This document shows positions 16,478 through 26,707 of a stretch of 32,000 nt of DNA, in pieces. How positions within the stretch are numbered: the stretch's first letter is position 1; every line of letters begins with the position of its first letter. Below the pieces are notes generated by a model, which worked only from the letters and a program-made list of their open reading frames with translations, did no database searches and was not told the DNA's origin. The translations under genes were made by a program, and so were the position numbers. The stretch is from Candidatus Kuenenia stuttgartensis (GTDB lineage Bacteria; Planctomycetota; Brocadiia; Brocadiales; Brocadiaceae), in NCBI RefSeq assembly GCF_900232105.1, contig NZ_LT934425.1, positions 1,260,001 to 1,292,000 of the forward strand. Reading direction: 5' to 3'.

Positions 16478-18304
16478 ATGTGTGGAATTGTCGGGTATAT
16501 TGGACCTAAAAATGCCCTCAATGTTTTGATGCATGGTATCAAAAGGCTGGAATATCGTGGTTACGATTCTTCCGGGATTGCCTTTTTTGAAAACGGTTCC
16601 CTGCGCTGTGAGAAGGCTGTTGGAAAAATTGCAATGCTGGAAGAAAAATTAAGCGGTAATGTATGTATTTCACATGCAGGGATTGTTCATACGCGATGGG
16701 CGACCCATGGTACACCTACTTTTGAAAATGCGCATCCCCACTTTGATTGCCATAACGAAATCGCAGTGGTGCATAATGGGATCATTGAGAATTATGACTA
16801 TTTGAAATTAAAATTGCAGCAAAACGGCCATACGTTCAGAAGCCAGACAGATACCGAGGTGCTGGCGCATCTTATCGAGGAACATTACCGGGATAATCTT
16901 GAAACCGCTGTCATGGAAGCTCTGAAGAAAGTGGAAGGAACGTATGGGCTTGCAGCTATTTCTTCAAAAGATCCCGAAAAAATCGTAGCAGCAAGAAATG
17001 GATCACCGTTAATACTGGGGATTGGAGACCATGAATATTTCATTACTTCTGACGTGTCTGCCTCGTTGGAACATACACGGGAGGTAATGTACCTGGACGA
17101 CAATGAGATAGCAATCCTAACCCCCGAAGGTTACAAAACAAAGACCATACAAAACATCCCTACATATAAAAAAACAGAAGAGGTGTTGTGGAATATTGAT
17201 ATGATCGAAAAAGGCGGTTACAAACACTTCATGCTGAAAGAAATCCACGAACAGCCCCAGGCGCTTCTCAACCTTATGAGAGGAAGGGTGGACGGAAACC
17301 ACGGTCCGATAAAATTAGGCGGACTCATTAACCGGGAAAAAGAACTTTTAGAAGCAAAACGGATTATCATTATTGCGTGCGGAACGTCCTGGCATGCCGG
17401 ATTGGTCGGAGAGTATATGCTGGAAGAGTTGGTCAGGCTTCCCGTCGAAGTGGAATATGCATCTGAATTTCGTTATCGTAACCCCATTATCGAAAAAAAC
17501 ACCATAGTAATCGCCATCAGTCAATCGGGAGAAACAGCGGATACACTGGCGGCTATGCGCCAGGCAAAGGGAAAGGGGGCCGCAATGTTGTCAATCTGCA
17601 ATGTTGTCGGAAGCAGTATTGCCCGTGAGGCCGGATCGGGAATTTACCTGCATATCGGCCCGGAAATAGGGGTTGCATCTACAAAGGCATTTACTGCACA
17701 GATAGCCGCCTTCTATTTGTTTTCCCTTTACCTGTTGCTTCTGAAAAACAAAGACTACGCCATTCCGCCTGAAATGATTTCTGCTATCAGGACTATCCCT
17801 GACAAGATACAAACCATTCTCGACAGGGAAAAGGAAATAGGAGAAATCGCGAAAATCTACAAAGACACGAACCACGCCCTTTACCTTGGCAGAGGATTCA
17901 ACTATCCCGTGGCGCTTGAGGGTGCCCTTAAATTAAAGGAAATCTCATATATCCACGCAGAGGGCTATCCCGCGGCTGAAATGAAACACGGCCCCATTGC
18001 CCTTATTGACAAAAATATGCCGGTAATATTTATCGCAACAAAAGACAGTACGTACGGAAAAATACTCAACAACATTGAAGAAGTGAAATCAAGGGGTGGA
18101 AAAGTCATTGCAATTGCAACGGAAGGAGACAGAAAAATTACCGAAAAGGTCGATCATGTATTCCATATCCCGGAAACTTCAGGCGTTCTGATACCAATTC
18201 TTTCGGTAATTCCCCTCCAATTACTTGCATACCATATGGCAGTCTTACGTGGTTGCGATGTGGACAAGCCAAGAAATCTGGCAAAAAGCGTCACGGTAGA
18301 ATAA
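16478..18304 (+). CDS. glmS: Glutamine--fructose-6-phosphate aminotransferase
   Basis: MCGIVGY N-terminal nucleophile, two SIS domains, and the C-terminal KPRNLAKSVTVE. 608 aa. Confidence 0.98.
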   Translation: MCGIVGYIGPKNALNVLMHGIKRLEYRGYDSSGIAFFENGSLRCEKAVGKIAMLEEKLSGNVCISHAGIVHTRWATHGTPTFENAHPHFDCHNEIAVVHNGIIENYDYLKLKLQQNGHTFRSQTDTEVLAHLIEEHYRDNLETAVMEALKKVEGTYGLAAISSKDPEKIVAARNGSPLILGIGDHEYFITSDVSASLEHTREVMYLDDNEIAILTPEGYKTKTIQNIPTYKKTEEVLWNIDMIEKGGYKHFMLKEIHEQPQALLNLMRGRVDGNHGPIKLGGLINREKELLEAKRIIIIACGTSWHAGLVGEYMLEELVRLPVEVEYASEFRYRNPIIEKNTIVIAISQSGETADTLAAMRQAKGKGAAMLSICNVVGSSIAREAGSGIYLHIGPEIGVASTKAFTAQIAAFYLFSLYLLLLKNKDYAIPPEMISAIRTIPDKIQTILDREKEIGEIAKIYKDTNHALYLGRGFNYPVALEGALKLKEISYIHAEGYPAAEMKHGPIALIDKNMPVIFIATKDSTYGKILNNIEEVKSRGGKVIAIATEGDRKITEKVDHVFHIPETSGVLIPILSVIPLQLLAYHMAVLRGCDVDKPRNLAKSVTVE

Positions 18305-18347
18305 AACAAAAAACACTATTTCATATAAGAACACAGAGAACGCTATT

Positions 18348-18980
18348 TTACTTTGCGTCCTTTTCCCACTTCTCTTTTAAATACCGCTCCCTTCCCGAGC
18401 CATATTTATACCTGTTGTACTGTGTCTGGTTTTTCTCATAATATTTCTGATGATACTCTTCCGCCTTGTAAAATGCCGAAGCAGGCACAATTTCCGTGAC
18501 AATTGGCTTATTAAATTTTCCTGATTTCTCCAACTCTTTTTTTGACGACTCGGCAAGATTTTTCTGTTCCTCCGTATGATAAAAGATTGCCGTTCGGTAT
18601 TGAGACCCTACGTCAGCAAATTGCCTGTTCATTGCAGTAGGATCAATATTTCTCCAAAATACTTGCAAAAGAGACGCGTAAGAAATGAGCGAGGGATCAT
18701 ACCATATCTCTATCGCTTCTGCATGGCCCGTCCTGCCGGAATATACATCCTCATAGGCAGGATTCTCAACATTGCCGCCGGTATATCCGACAGCAGTGGA
18801 AATCACGCCCTCTAATTGGTCGAAGGGCTGCTGCATGCACCAAAAACAACCCCCGGCAAAGGTAGCCATTTCATATTTTTTATGAGTCGTATCACTATCG
18901 CTATTTTTACTTTCACCACACAATGCGCCATTTATTCCTAAAACAATTAATATAAATAATGGAATCAAATAATTATTCAT
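18348..18980 (-). CDS. msrA: Peptide-methionine (S)-S-oxide reductase MsrA, exported form
   Basis: GGCFWC catalytic motif. I prefer the ATG at 18980-18978, giving MNNYLIPLFILIVLGINGALCGE..., a signal-peptide-like N-terminus, with AAGGGGGG 8 nt upstream. The ORF track extends to 19067, but that extension looks non-coding. Confidence 0.88.
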   Translation of the reverse strand: MNNYLIPLFILIVLGINGALCGESKNSDSDTTHKKYEMATFAGGCFWCMQQPFDQLEGVISTAVGYTGGNVENPAYEDVYSGRTGHAEAIEIWYDPSLISYASLLQVFWRNIDPTAMNRQFADVGSQYRTAIFYHTEEQKNLAESSKKELEKSGKFNKPIVTEIVPASAFYKAEEYHQKYYEKNQTQYNRYKYGSGRERYLKEKWEKDAK

Positions 18981-19426
18981 ACCAGCGCCCCCCTTACATG
19001 CTGTAATTTTGAAGATATTCGTTAATACACGTTTACTGCTTTTACCGAAAACGAAGCGTAATCTCATAGTATCAAATATTTGTCAGAATGAAAGAGGACA
19101 TCCCACAAAAAAATCCTCCAACTCTTATTATTATGCGACAAATACAGGTGGAAAAAGTTTGCATTTTTACAATAGGTTCTATAGTATTTACAAAACTTTA
19201 TTTTATCAATTATATACTCCATAAAATATTTATCTTGTTTGGAAATTTGTTTTCAACCGCGCAACATGGAATTATTGCCAACAAGGGCAACTGTCATGCA
19301 ACATTTTCAAATGAATCAATCACGGCGACTCAGGTTTGTCACCCGAACCCATGAAGTTATTTGGTCGCCAGCAGGGGGCGCATACTTTAATTATTTAATA
19401 CTTTCGCTTATCAATAAGGAGATGAA

Positions 19427-20038
19427 ATGTCAGACCAGAAGGTTACGAACATAAAATGGCATCATGGCAAGATTACAAAGGCGCACAGAATCGATCTGAT
19501 GAAACAAAAGGGAGTCACTATCTGGCTCACGGGTCTTTCAGGGTCTGGGAAATCCACCATTGCCGTAGAGCTTGAACACGCTCTTGTTGAAAATAAACAT
19601 CAGGCATATATACTCGATGGCGACAATATACGCCACGGCCTTAATAAGAATCTTGGGTTTTCCCCCGAGGACCGCGCAGAAAATATTCGGCGTATTGGAG
19701 AGGTCGCCAAACTTTTTACTGACGCAAATATAATAACAATAACCGCCTTTATCTCTCCCTATAAAGAAGACAGAGATAATGCGAGGAAATTGCAGAACGA
19801 AGGGGAATTTATAGAAATTTATGTGAAATGTCCGCTTAACGTGTGCGAACAACGCGATGTAAAGGGTCTCTATAAAAAAGCCAGGACTGGAGAAATAAAA
19901 GAATTTACGGGCATATCTGCGCCTTATGAAGAACCCTCCAACCCCGAGCTGACCATTGATACATCGGTAATGCCGGTAGAAGAATCAACCAGAGCTATTT
20001 TAAAATACCTCGAAGAAAACAGGTATGTACGATTCTGA
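19427..20038 (+). CDS. cysC: Adenylyl-sulfate (APS) kinase
   Basis: P-loop [20 protein letters not shown], and ISPY.EDR. AAGGAG lies 6 nt upstream of the ATG. Confidence 0.93.
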   Translation: MSDQKVTNIKWHHGKITKAHRIDLMKQKGVTIWLTGLSGSGKSTIAVELEHALVENKHQAYILDGDNIRHGLNKNLGFSPEDRAENIRRIGEVAKLFTDANIITITAFISPYKEDRDNARKLQNEGEFIEIYVKCPLNVCEQRDVKGLYKKARTGEIKEFTGISAPYEEPSNPELTIDTSVMPVEESTRAILKYLEENRYVRF

Positions 20039-20115
20039 AAAAAAGGTGTAATCTTCTTTTTACGTAAAAGCATAACTTTATGCTGATTCTGCTCCTTCAC
20101 TTAAGAGCACATTAA

Positions 20116-21168
<1,053 letters not shown>

Positions 21169-21199
21169 AGTATAGTATAGCGGTTTCATTAAAATATCT

Positions 21200-22848
21200 A
21201 CATTACTTTGTTAAAAATTAAGCGGCGATTTTTTTCTTAAATCGAGCGGATTTAATTTTAAAACATTACTTTGTTAAAATAATATGCAAAACAACCTTAA
21301 TTCCCTCTATTTAAAAGGATTTATGCTTTGAAAAATCCTTGATTAATACCATACAATAAGTAGGATGCCGAACGCAAAGGCATACAAAATATATCACTTT
21401 ATGAACGGTTTCAGTGGTTTTTAACAAAGTAATGTTTAAAATATTCTTGTGAGAGTTTTTCGTTCTTTGATAAAGCGTTTGTTGATGAGAATTCAAGCAG
21501 GGAATTGATTGCTTTTTTGAATTCATTAAAGGTAGAAGGTTTTGTTTCTATGATTTTATCCAGATAAGCGTTTTGTTTTATCCAGTAAACGAATGTCCAT
21601 GAGATCAGACAAATATTCCAATATCGCTCAATCTTGTCAATGTGCCTTACCTGATAATGATCGAAATAAAAAGTATCCTTCAATTCCTTGAAACAGTGTT
21701 CAATACCCCAACGCAACAGATAGTTTGTGATAACCGTTTTTACAGAGGCGTCGAGTTGATTGGTGATAAGGACATGATATTTTTTATCATCTTCCTTGTT
21801 CCATTTTCCCAAAATTACCACAAACTTCAACGGGACATTGCAACCATTCAGTTTGGCGTCAAACGTGTAGGTTTTATAGGAGACTTCACTTCCATCCGCG
21901 GATTTTAAAGTAACATACTTGATTTTGCCGGCATAATGCTTTTTGATGAGGGTCACGAGCTCATCTGGTTTGATTATGCAATATTTTTGTTTTTCCGGAT
22001 GGTACATGGAGATATTTCTGTTTGATTTTATTTCTGAAAAAAAGTGTTTCTTTTTTGCGTGAATATGTTCGAGAAACCGTTGAGAGGCATACCATGTGTC
22101 GAAGGCAATAGCTGAAAAATCAAAGGCGTTCGAAGCAGCATCAAACATATCCATTGCTATTTGTATTTTGTCTTTAAATTTGGGGTCATTTTTCCCTTCC
22201 CCGAACTCATCGGCAGGAAGGTAGGGAATAACATCCAGGGGAAAATGTTTTGTTTTTGAGACAAATGCCGCGCCAACAACAACATTGCAGGTTTCCGGCC
22301 TTTTAAGCGGACCGCAATATTGCCATTTGGCTGCCTCTGTATTTTTAGCATAGGGCTTTGGACATCCGGTATCATCTATGGTAAGGATGCTGTCTTTTGA
22401 CAATGCCGTGGTTCTTTGTTTTTGGATAATGTCCATTCTTTTCTGCTTTAATGCGGGTAAATCCCATTTGGATTCAGAAAAGAAGTATTGAAATTTCTGG
22501 TAATCCGTATGAACGGCTTGCGCCATGGCCTCCAGTGAATTTCTTTTATAGTCTTTAAACATTGCGTAGACGACAAGTAGAAACATTGCAAATTGTTTTT
22601 TAGTAAAACACGATGCAAAATGTTCAAGAAATTTATTTAATAACGGTATGTTTGTTCTGAAAATACTCAAATCCTTTGCTCCGGTAATTGATTGTGTAAA
22701 AAATTTACAAGTGCAATTAATACCGGAAGTAACGAGCAAAATCAAGAGTAAATATTTGTCGCAAAGCATTGCTAAGTCATAAGTTGTGGCCGACTCGACT
22801 TACGACTTAAAAATATTTTTTCAGACGCTTTCTTTAACAAAGTAATGT
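21200..22848 (-). mobile_element. IS701-family insertion sequence (1649 bp), apparently intact
   Basis: Perfect 16-bp terminal inverted repeats ACATTACTTTGTTAAA at 21200-21215 and, in reverse complement, at 22833-22848. ATCT directly flanks both ends (21196-21199 and 22849-22852). One 452-aa DDE transposase ORF lies inside. Confidence 0.8.
21411..22769 (-). CDS. IS701-family DDE transposase
   Basis: 452 aa. The N-terminal FLEHFASCFTKKQFAMFLLVVYAMF...SLEAMAQAV and the C-terminal YLLRWGIEHCFKELKDTFYFDHYQVRHIDKIERYW resemble the IS701/IS4-superfamily signature (RW.IE..F...K......Y.VR). The last 8 codons are encoded by an internal copy of the inverted-repeat 16-mer. Confidence 0.85.
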   Translation of the reverse strand: MLCDKYLLLILLVTSGINCTCKFFTQSITGAKDLSIFRTNIPLLNKFLEHFASCFTKKQFAMFLLVVYAMFKDYKRNSLEAMAQAVHTDYQKFQYFFSESKWDLPALKQKRMDIIQKQRTTALSKDSILTIDDTGCPKPYAKNTEAAKWQYCGPLKRPETCNVVVGAAFVSKTKHFPLDVIPYLPADEFGEGKNDPKFKDKIQIAMDMFDAASNAFDFSAIAFDTWYASQRFLEHIHAKKKHFFSEIKSNRNISMYHPEKQKYCIIKPDELVTLIKKHYAGKIKYVTLKSADGSEVSYKTYTFDAKLNGCNVPLKFVVILGKWNKEDDKKYHVLITNQLDASVKTVITNYLLRWGIEHCFKELKDTFYFDHYQVRHIDKIERYWNICLISWTFVYWIKQNAYLDKIIETKPSTFNEFKKAINSLLEFSSTNALSKNEKLSQEYFKHYFVKNH

Positions 22849-22863
22849 ATCTACATTGATACC

Positions 22864-22950
22864 GTCATTGCGAGCGACAGCGAAGCAATCTTAAGTCTTT
22901 TGGGACAAGAGATTGCTTCGTCGCTCCACTCCTCGCAATGACATTTTTTT
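22864..22950 (+). terminator. Long imperfect palindrome + T7 tract: intrinsic-terminator-like repeat element
   Basis: GTCATTGCGAGCGACAGCGAAGCAATCT (22864-22891) pairs with AGATTGCTTCGTCGCTCCACTCCTCGCAATGAC (22909-22942), followed by ATTTTTTT (to 22950). The T-tract follows the hairpin only on the + strand. Confidence 0.6.
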
Positions 22951-23092
22951 ACGTACACATTTTAACGAAACGATGTAATAGTATCGGTACAGAAGTAGGG
23001 TCAAATGTCCAAATAAATAAATGTTTTCATGCCCTTTTGCGTGCCATCGGCTAATGAATGTTTACTCTGACGGAGCTGTTCAATGAGGTATT

Positions 23093-23650
23093 TTATTTAG
23101 CGAACCGTATTTCATATTTACTTATAAAAGCAGATGGTAACCCGACAATCATCGATTCAAAAGATTCTGTGCCTTCGTTCGGAATATCAGGAATGGAAAA
23201 CTCCTCTTCTTTTAAAAAAATGCCCCGGTCATCGTAAATGCTTAATTTAAATTTTGCAAAGCGGTAATTTTTGCCGGATTTGTTTGTGATTTCCCCTGTT
23301 AATAACACGTTTTCACCAAAAGGACTAAAACGTACATTTCTGGCAAAAAATCCGTCCCCAAGATCCTCATACCCCACCATAACAGGTGCGGCAACAAAAT
23401 CCTCACGATGCACTTTAGCATCCATCTTTTTTTTCGGCGCTTCACCGGATGGCGCTGCTACACCAGCAGCACCCGTAAGCTGTTTTTCCAGTACATTAAC
23501 GCGCTTCTCAAGTGATTCTATCCGGGATACCAGATTTGAAATGACAATTTCCAGCAACTGCACCTTATTTGATACATCCTGAGCAAATAAAGTATTGCTA
23601 CCGATAATGATGAACATTATAAATGATATAAAAATAGAAAATCTTTTCAT
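23093..23650 (-). CDS. Secreted hypothetical protein: signal peptide + coiled coil + Ala/Pro/Lys linker + beta-rich C-terminal domain (FxLYD/DUF3426-like?)
   Basis: 185 aa. The signal peptide is MKRFSIFISFIMFIIIGSNTLFA|QD. A heptad-like segment follows (LLEIVISNLVSRIESLEKRVNVLEKQL). The C-terminus GEITNKSGKNYRFAKFKLSIYDDRGIFLKEEEFSIPDIPNEGTESFE resembles small beta-sandwich FxLYD-type domains. Function unknown. Confidence 0.7.
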   Translation of the reverse strand: MKRFSIFISFIMFIIIGSNTLFAQDVSNKVQLLEIVISNLVSRIESLEKRVNVLEKQLTGAAGVAAPSGEAPKKKMDAKVHREDFVAAPVMVGYEDLGDGFFARNVRFSPFGENVLLTGEITNKSGKNYRFAKFKLSIYDDRGIFLKEEEFSIPDIPNEGTESFESMIVGLPSAFISKYEIRFAK

Positions 23651-23907
23651 CGGTGTTTCCTTTCAAAAAAATCATTAATCATTTTCATCACATCTTTCTA
23701 TTCACGAATCGTTCTTCTATATGTGATTCAATAGCACTGCCCTCTATTGCATACCACTCCCCATGTGCGAGAAGGTAAAACCCCGAAAATCCCGTTGTTG
23801 TGAAATTGCAGGTTTTTTTACGAAAAATTATCATATCATAATTAAAATAATTAATGCAAGTGTGTTTCTATTAAGTAATTACATAAAATCAAATAAAGCG
23901 TTATAAC

Positions 23908-23936
23908 TTGACATTAGGCAATGCAATTGCTACTAT
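23908..23936 (+). promoter_or_regulatory. Near-consensus sigma70 promoter
   Basis: TTGACA (23908-23913), a 17-nt spacer, then TACTAT (23931-23936). The next annotated + strand gene starts about 310 nt downstream, at 24254. Confidence 0.45.
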
Positions 23937-24253
23937 TCACTCATATTTATGCGTTTTACCTGAATGTTTCCGTAATAGGGGAAATTGTTGCCAGAAAATT
24001 CAAGTGATACGGAAAATTTTATTCCATTTGCGCCTTAAGGCTATGGATGTTTCATTATTGCGGAATGCAGACTTCTATTTAAAAACGGTATCTGCGTTTT
24101 GTATTCACAAAAGAGTTACGTTGTAGAAGAAATTACGGGTACCGCAGATTGCGATGATTTCACAAAGAGAAATCTCAATAATTTGTGTAATCCTTAAAAT
24201 CTGTGGTTTCACACACTTTTTATAGGTACGAGGCTTTGTCCCGATAGATTTAT

Positions 24254-25135
24254 ATGCGACAAATTTTAACCATTCGATACGGCGTATTAAAAAATACCGG
24301 AGATTTTTTTGCGCCAATGAACTCAATAAAAAGGGGTGACGAGGTGATCATCCGCTCTCACAGAGGAATAGAATTTGGCACTGTTATTGCCAAAGTACGT
24401 GAAATAGAAGATGATGCATCCGTCGAATATCTTGGGGAAGTTTTGAGAAAAGCAACACCTGAGGATAAAGAAAAGCAGAAAAAAATAGACCAGGAAACCA
24501 TCCCAAGCGAATCGAAATTTTGCCAAATGAAGATGAAAGAACATAAACTCCTCATGAAACTTGCATACGTAGAGCACTTATTTGGGAGTAAAAAAATCAT
24601 TTTTTATTTTCTTGCCAATGGACGCGTTGATTTCAGAGAACTGGTAAAGGATCTTGCAAAAGAATATCAGGCGCGAATAGAGTTGAAACAAATTGGCGTA
24701 CGCGATGAAGCAAGGCTTTTGGCGGATTACGAACACTGCGGGCAGGAACTATGCTGCCGGTCTTTTCTGAAAAACCTGGAACCGGTTACGATGAAAATGG
24801 CAAAAAACCAAAAAGCTACCCTGGACCCCTCTAAAATATCGGGGAGATGTGGCAGGTTGATGTGTTGTCTGCGTTACGAGGACCGCGTTTATGAAGAGTT
24901 AAAACAAGGACTTCCTAAAAAAGGAACTTCCGTGAAAACCGCAAAAGGCATCGGAGAAATAATCAACCACGATATTTTGCAGCAACAGGTTACTGTGGAA
25001 TTGGAAAATGGAAGCCGGTTTACCGTTTCCACAAAAGAGATAACCCGGGTGGTACAAAATAAACCTGCACCGCCCGCCCAGAAGGGGAAAAGCGATTGTC
25101 TTCAATCCTGCAAAGAGGATTGTGGCCATGGGTAG
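24254..25135 (+). CDS. PSP1 domain protein (YaaT/RicT-like)
   Basis: 293 aa with a Cys-rich PSP1 C-terminal region (HCGQELCCRSFL ... GRCGRLMCCLRYE). It has an extra Cys-containing tail, KSDCLQSCKEDCGHG. Its 3' end overlaps metG by 14 nt. Confidence 0.85.
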   Translation: MRQILTIRYGVLKNTGDFFAPMNSIKRGDEVIIRSHRGIEFGTVIAKVREIEDDASVEYLGEVLRKATPEDKEKQKKIDQETIPSESKFCQMKMKEHKLLMKLAYVEHLFGSKKIIFYFLANGRVDFRELVKDLAKEYQARIELKQIGVRDEARLLADYEHCGQELCCRSFLKNLEPVTMKMAKNQKATLDPSKISGRCGRLMCCLRYEDRVYEELKQGLPKKGTSVKTAKGIGEIINHDILQQQVTVELENGSRFTVSTKEITRVVQNKPAPPAQKGKSDCLQSCKEDCGHG

Positions 25136-26690
25136 ACAGTCTTTTTATCTTACCACACCTATCTATTACGTAAATGATATACCTCATATCGGACATTCTT
25201 ACACTACCATAGCCGCAGATGTTTTAGCCAGGTACAGAAGATTGCAGCAATATGACGTATTTTTTTTGACCGGTTCAGATGAACACGGGCAGAAAATTCA
25301 AAAGGCTGCCGAAGCCTGCAACAAAACACCTAATGATTTTGTCGATATGGTTGTAGGCAAGTTCAAAGATCTGTGGGAAAATCTTAATATTTCCAACGAC
25401 GACTTCATACGCACCACCGACGAACGGCATGTTAAACGTGTCAAAAAGATATTTCAGAAGTTATTCGAAAACGGCGATATTTACCTTGGAGAATACGAAG
25501 GGAGATACTGCGTCCCCTGTGAAAGCTTTTGGACAGAAACGCAACTCGATGAAGGAAGGTGTCCGGAATGCAGACGCAATGTAGAAAAAGTAAAAGAAAA
25601 AAATTATTTCTTTCGGTTATCAAAATATCAAAAACCGCTTATTGAACACTATGATAAGCATCCGGAATTTATTCAACCAGAATCAAGACGAAATGAAATA
25701 CTCCAAAGAATAACCTCTCATATTGAAGATATCAGCATAAGCAGATCTGCAGTAACCTGGGGAATTCAAGTGCCCATGGATACTACGCAAACAATATATG
25801 TTTGGATAGACGCACTTTTGAACTACATAACGGCTCTGGGCTATGATGATGATATGGAGCTATTCCAGAAATACTGGCCTGCAAATGTACATATCATAGG
25901 AAAGGAAATATTGTGGTTTCATGGGGCAATCTGGCCGGCAATCCTTATGTCATTAAAAATAGAATTACCCTTTAAAATCTTTACCCACGGCTGGTGGACA
26001 ATTGAAGGGCAAAAGATTTCCAAATCATTGGGAAACGCAATAGACCCATTAAACATTATCCAAATCTATGGTACGGATGCTTACCGGTATTTCATCCTCA
26101 GAGAAGTTCCTTTCGGATCCGACGGCAATTTTTCCTACACCGCTTTAACAAACAGGATTAATTCTGACCTTGGCAATGACCTGGGTAATCTGCTACAACG
26201 TACACTCACCATGATTGAAAAATATTTCGATGCAGTGATACCTGAATATTCAGAGAAAGACGATGTATTAAAGGAAATCTCTCAAAACACCCTCAGTAAA
26301 ATAAACAAGGAATTGGACAATCTTCAATTTAGCAAAGCGTTGGAAGCAATCTGGGAGTTTGTGGGAAGCGCAAATAAATGTATTGAAGAAAAAAAACCAT
26401 GGGTGCTTGCAAAAACGAGCGCCTACAAACCGCAACTGAAAAATGTAATCAGCTCGCTGGCAAAGGCAATCAAAGATATTTCAATAGTTATTTACCCTTT
26501 TATGCCAAACACCTGCATTGAAATACAAAAACAACTTGGTATTCTGGAAAACAATGAATCCCCTTGCCTGGAATATCAGCAGATCATAAAAAGCGGCGTT
26601 ATCGTAAAAAAAGGGAAGCCATTGTTCCCCAGGATTGAAAAAGAAACTGAAAATCCTGGGAAAAATATAGCGATGAATAATAAAGTTTAA
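25122..26690 (+). CDS. metG: Methionyl-tRNA synthetase (short form, no C-terminal tRNA-binding domain)
   Basis: HIGH motif PHIGHSYT, KMSKS motif KISKSLGN, and zinc knuckle CVPCESFW...CPECRR. 522 aa. Confidence 0.96.
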   Translation: MAMGRQSFYLTTPIYYVNDIPHIGHSYTTIAADVLARYRRLQQYDVFFLTGSDEHGQKIQKAAEACNKTPNDFVDMVVGKFKDLWENLNISNDDFIRTTDERHVKRVKKIFQKLFENGDIYLGEYEGRYCVPCESFWTETQLDEGRCPECRRNVEKVKEKNYFFRLSKYQKPLIEHYDKHPEFIQPESRRNEILQRITSHIEDISISRSAVTWGIQVPMDTTQTIYVWIDALLNYITALGYDDDMELFQKYWPANVHIIGKEILWFHGAIWPAILMSLKIELPFKIFTHGWWTIEGQKISKSLGNAIDPLNIIQIYGTDAYRYFILREVPFGSDGNFSYTALTNRINSDLGNDLGNLLQRTLTMIEKYFDAVIPEYSEKDDVLKEISQNTLSKINKELDNLQFSKALEAIWEFVGSANKCIEEKKPWVLAKTSAYKPQLKNVISSLAKAIKDISIVIYPFMPNTCIEIQKQLGILENNESPCLEYQQIIKSGVIVKKGKPLFPRIEKETENPGKNIAMNNKV

Positions 26691-26707
26691 TAACAAGGAG
26701 CGGAAAA

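Noticed and set aside
18981-19067. 29-codon N-terminal extension of msrA (MRLRFVFGKSSKRVLTNIFKITACKGGAG)
   Set aside because: The downstream ATG at 18980 is preceded by a G-rich SD and yields a typical signal peptide. The extension has no such support.
23908-24126. 72-aa + strand ORF in the PSP1 upstream region
   Set aside because: Its TTG start codon is the -35 hexamer of the promoter candidate. It has no SD, and its composition is Cys/Arg/Leu-rich and unlike neighbouring genes. I treat it as non-coding leader.
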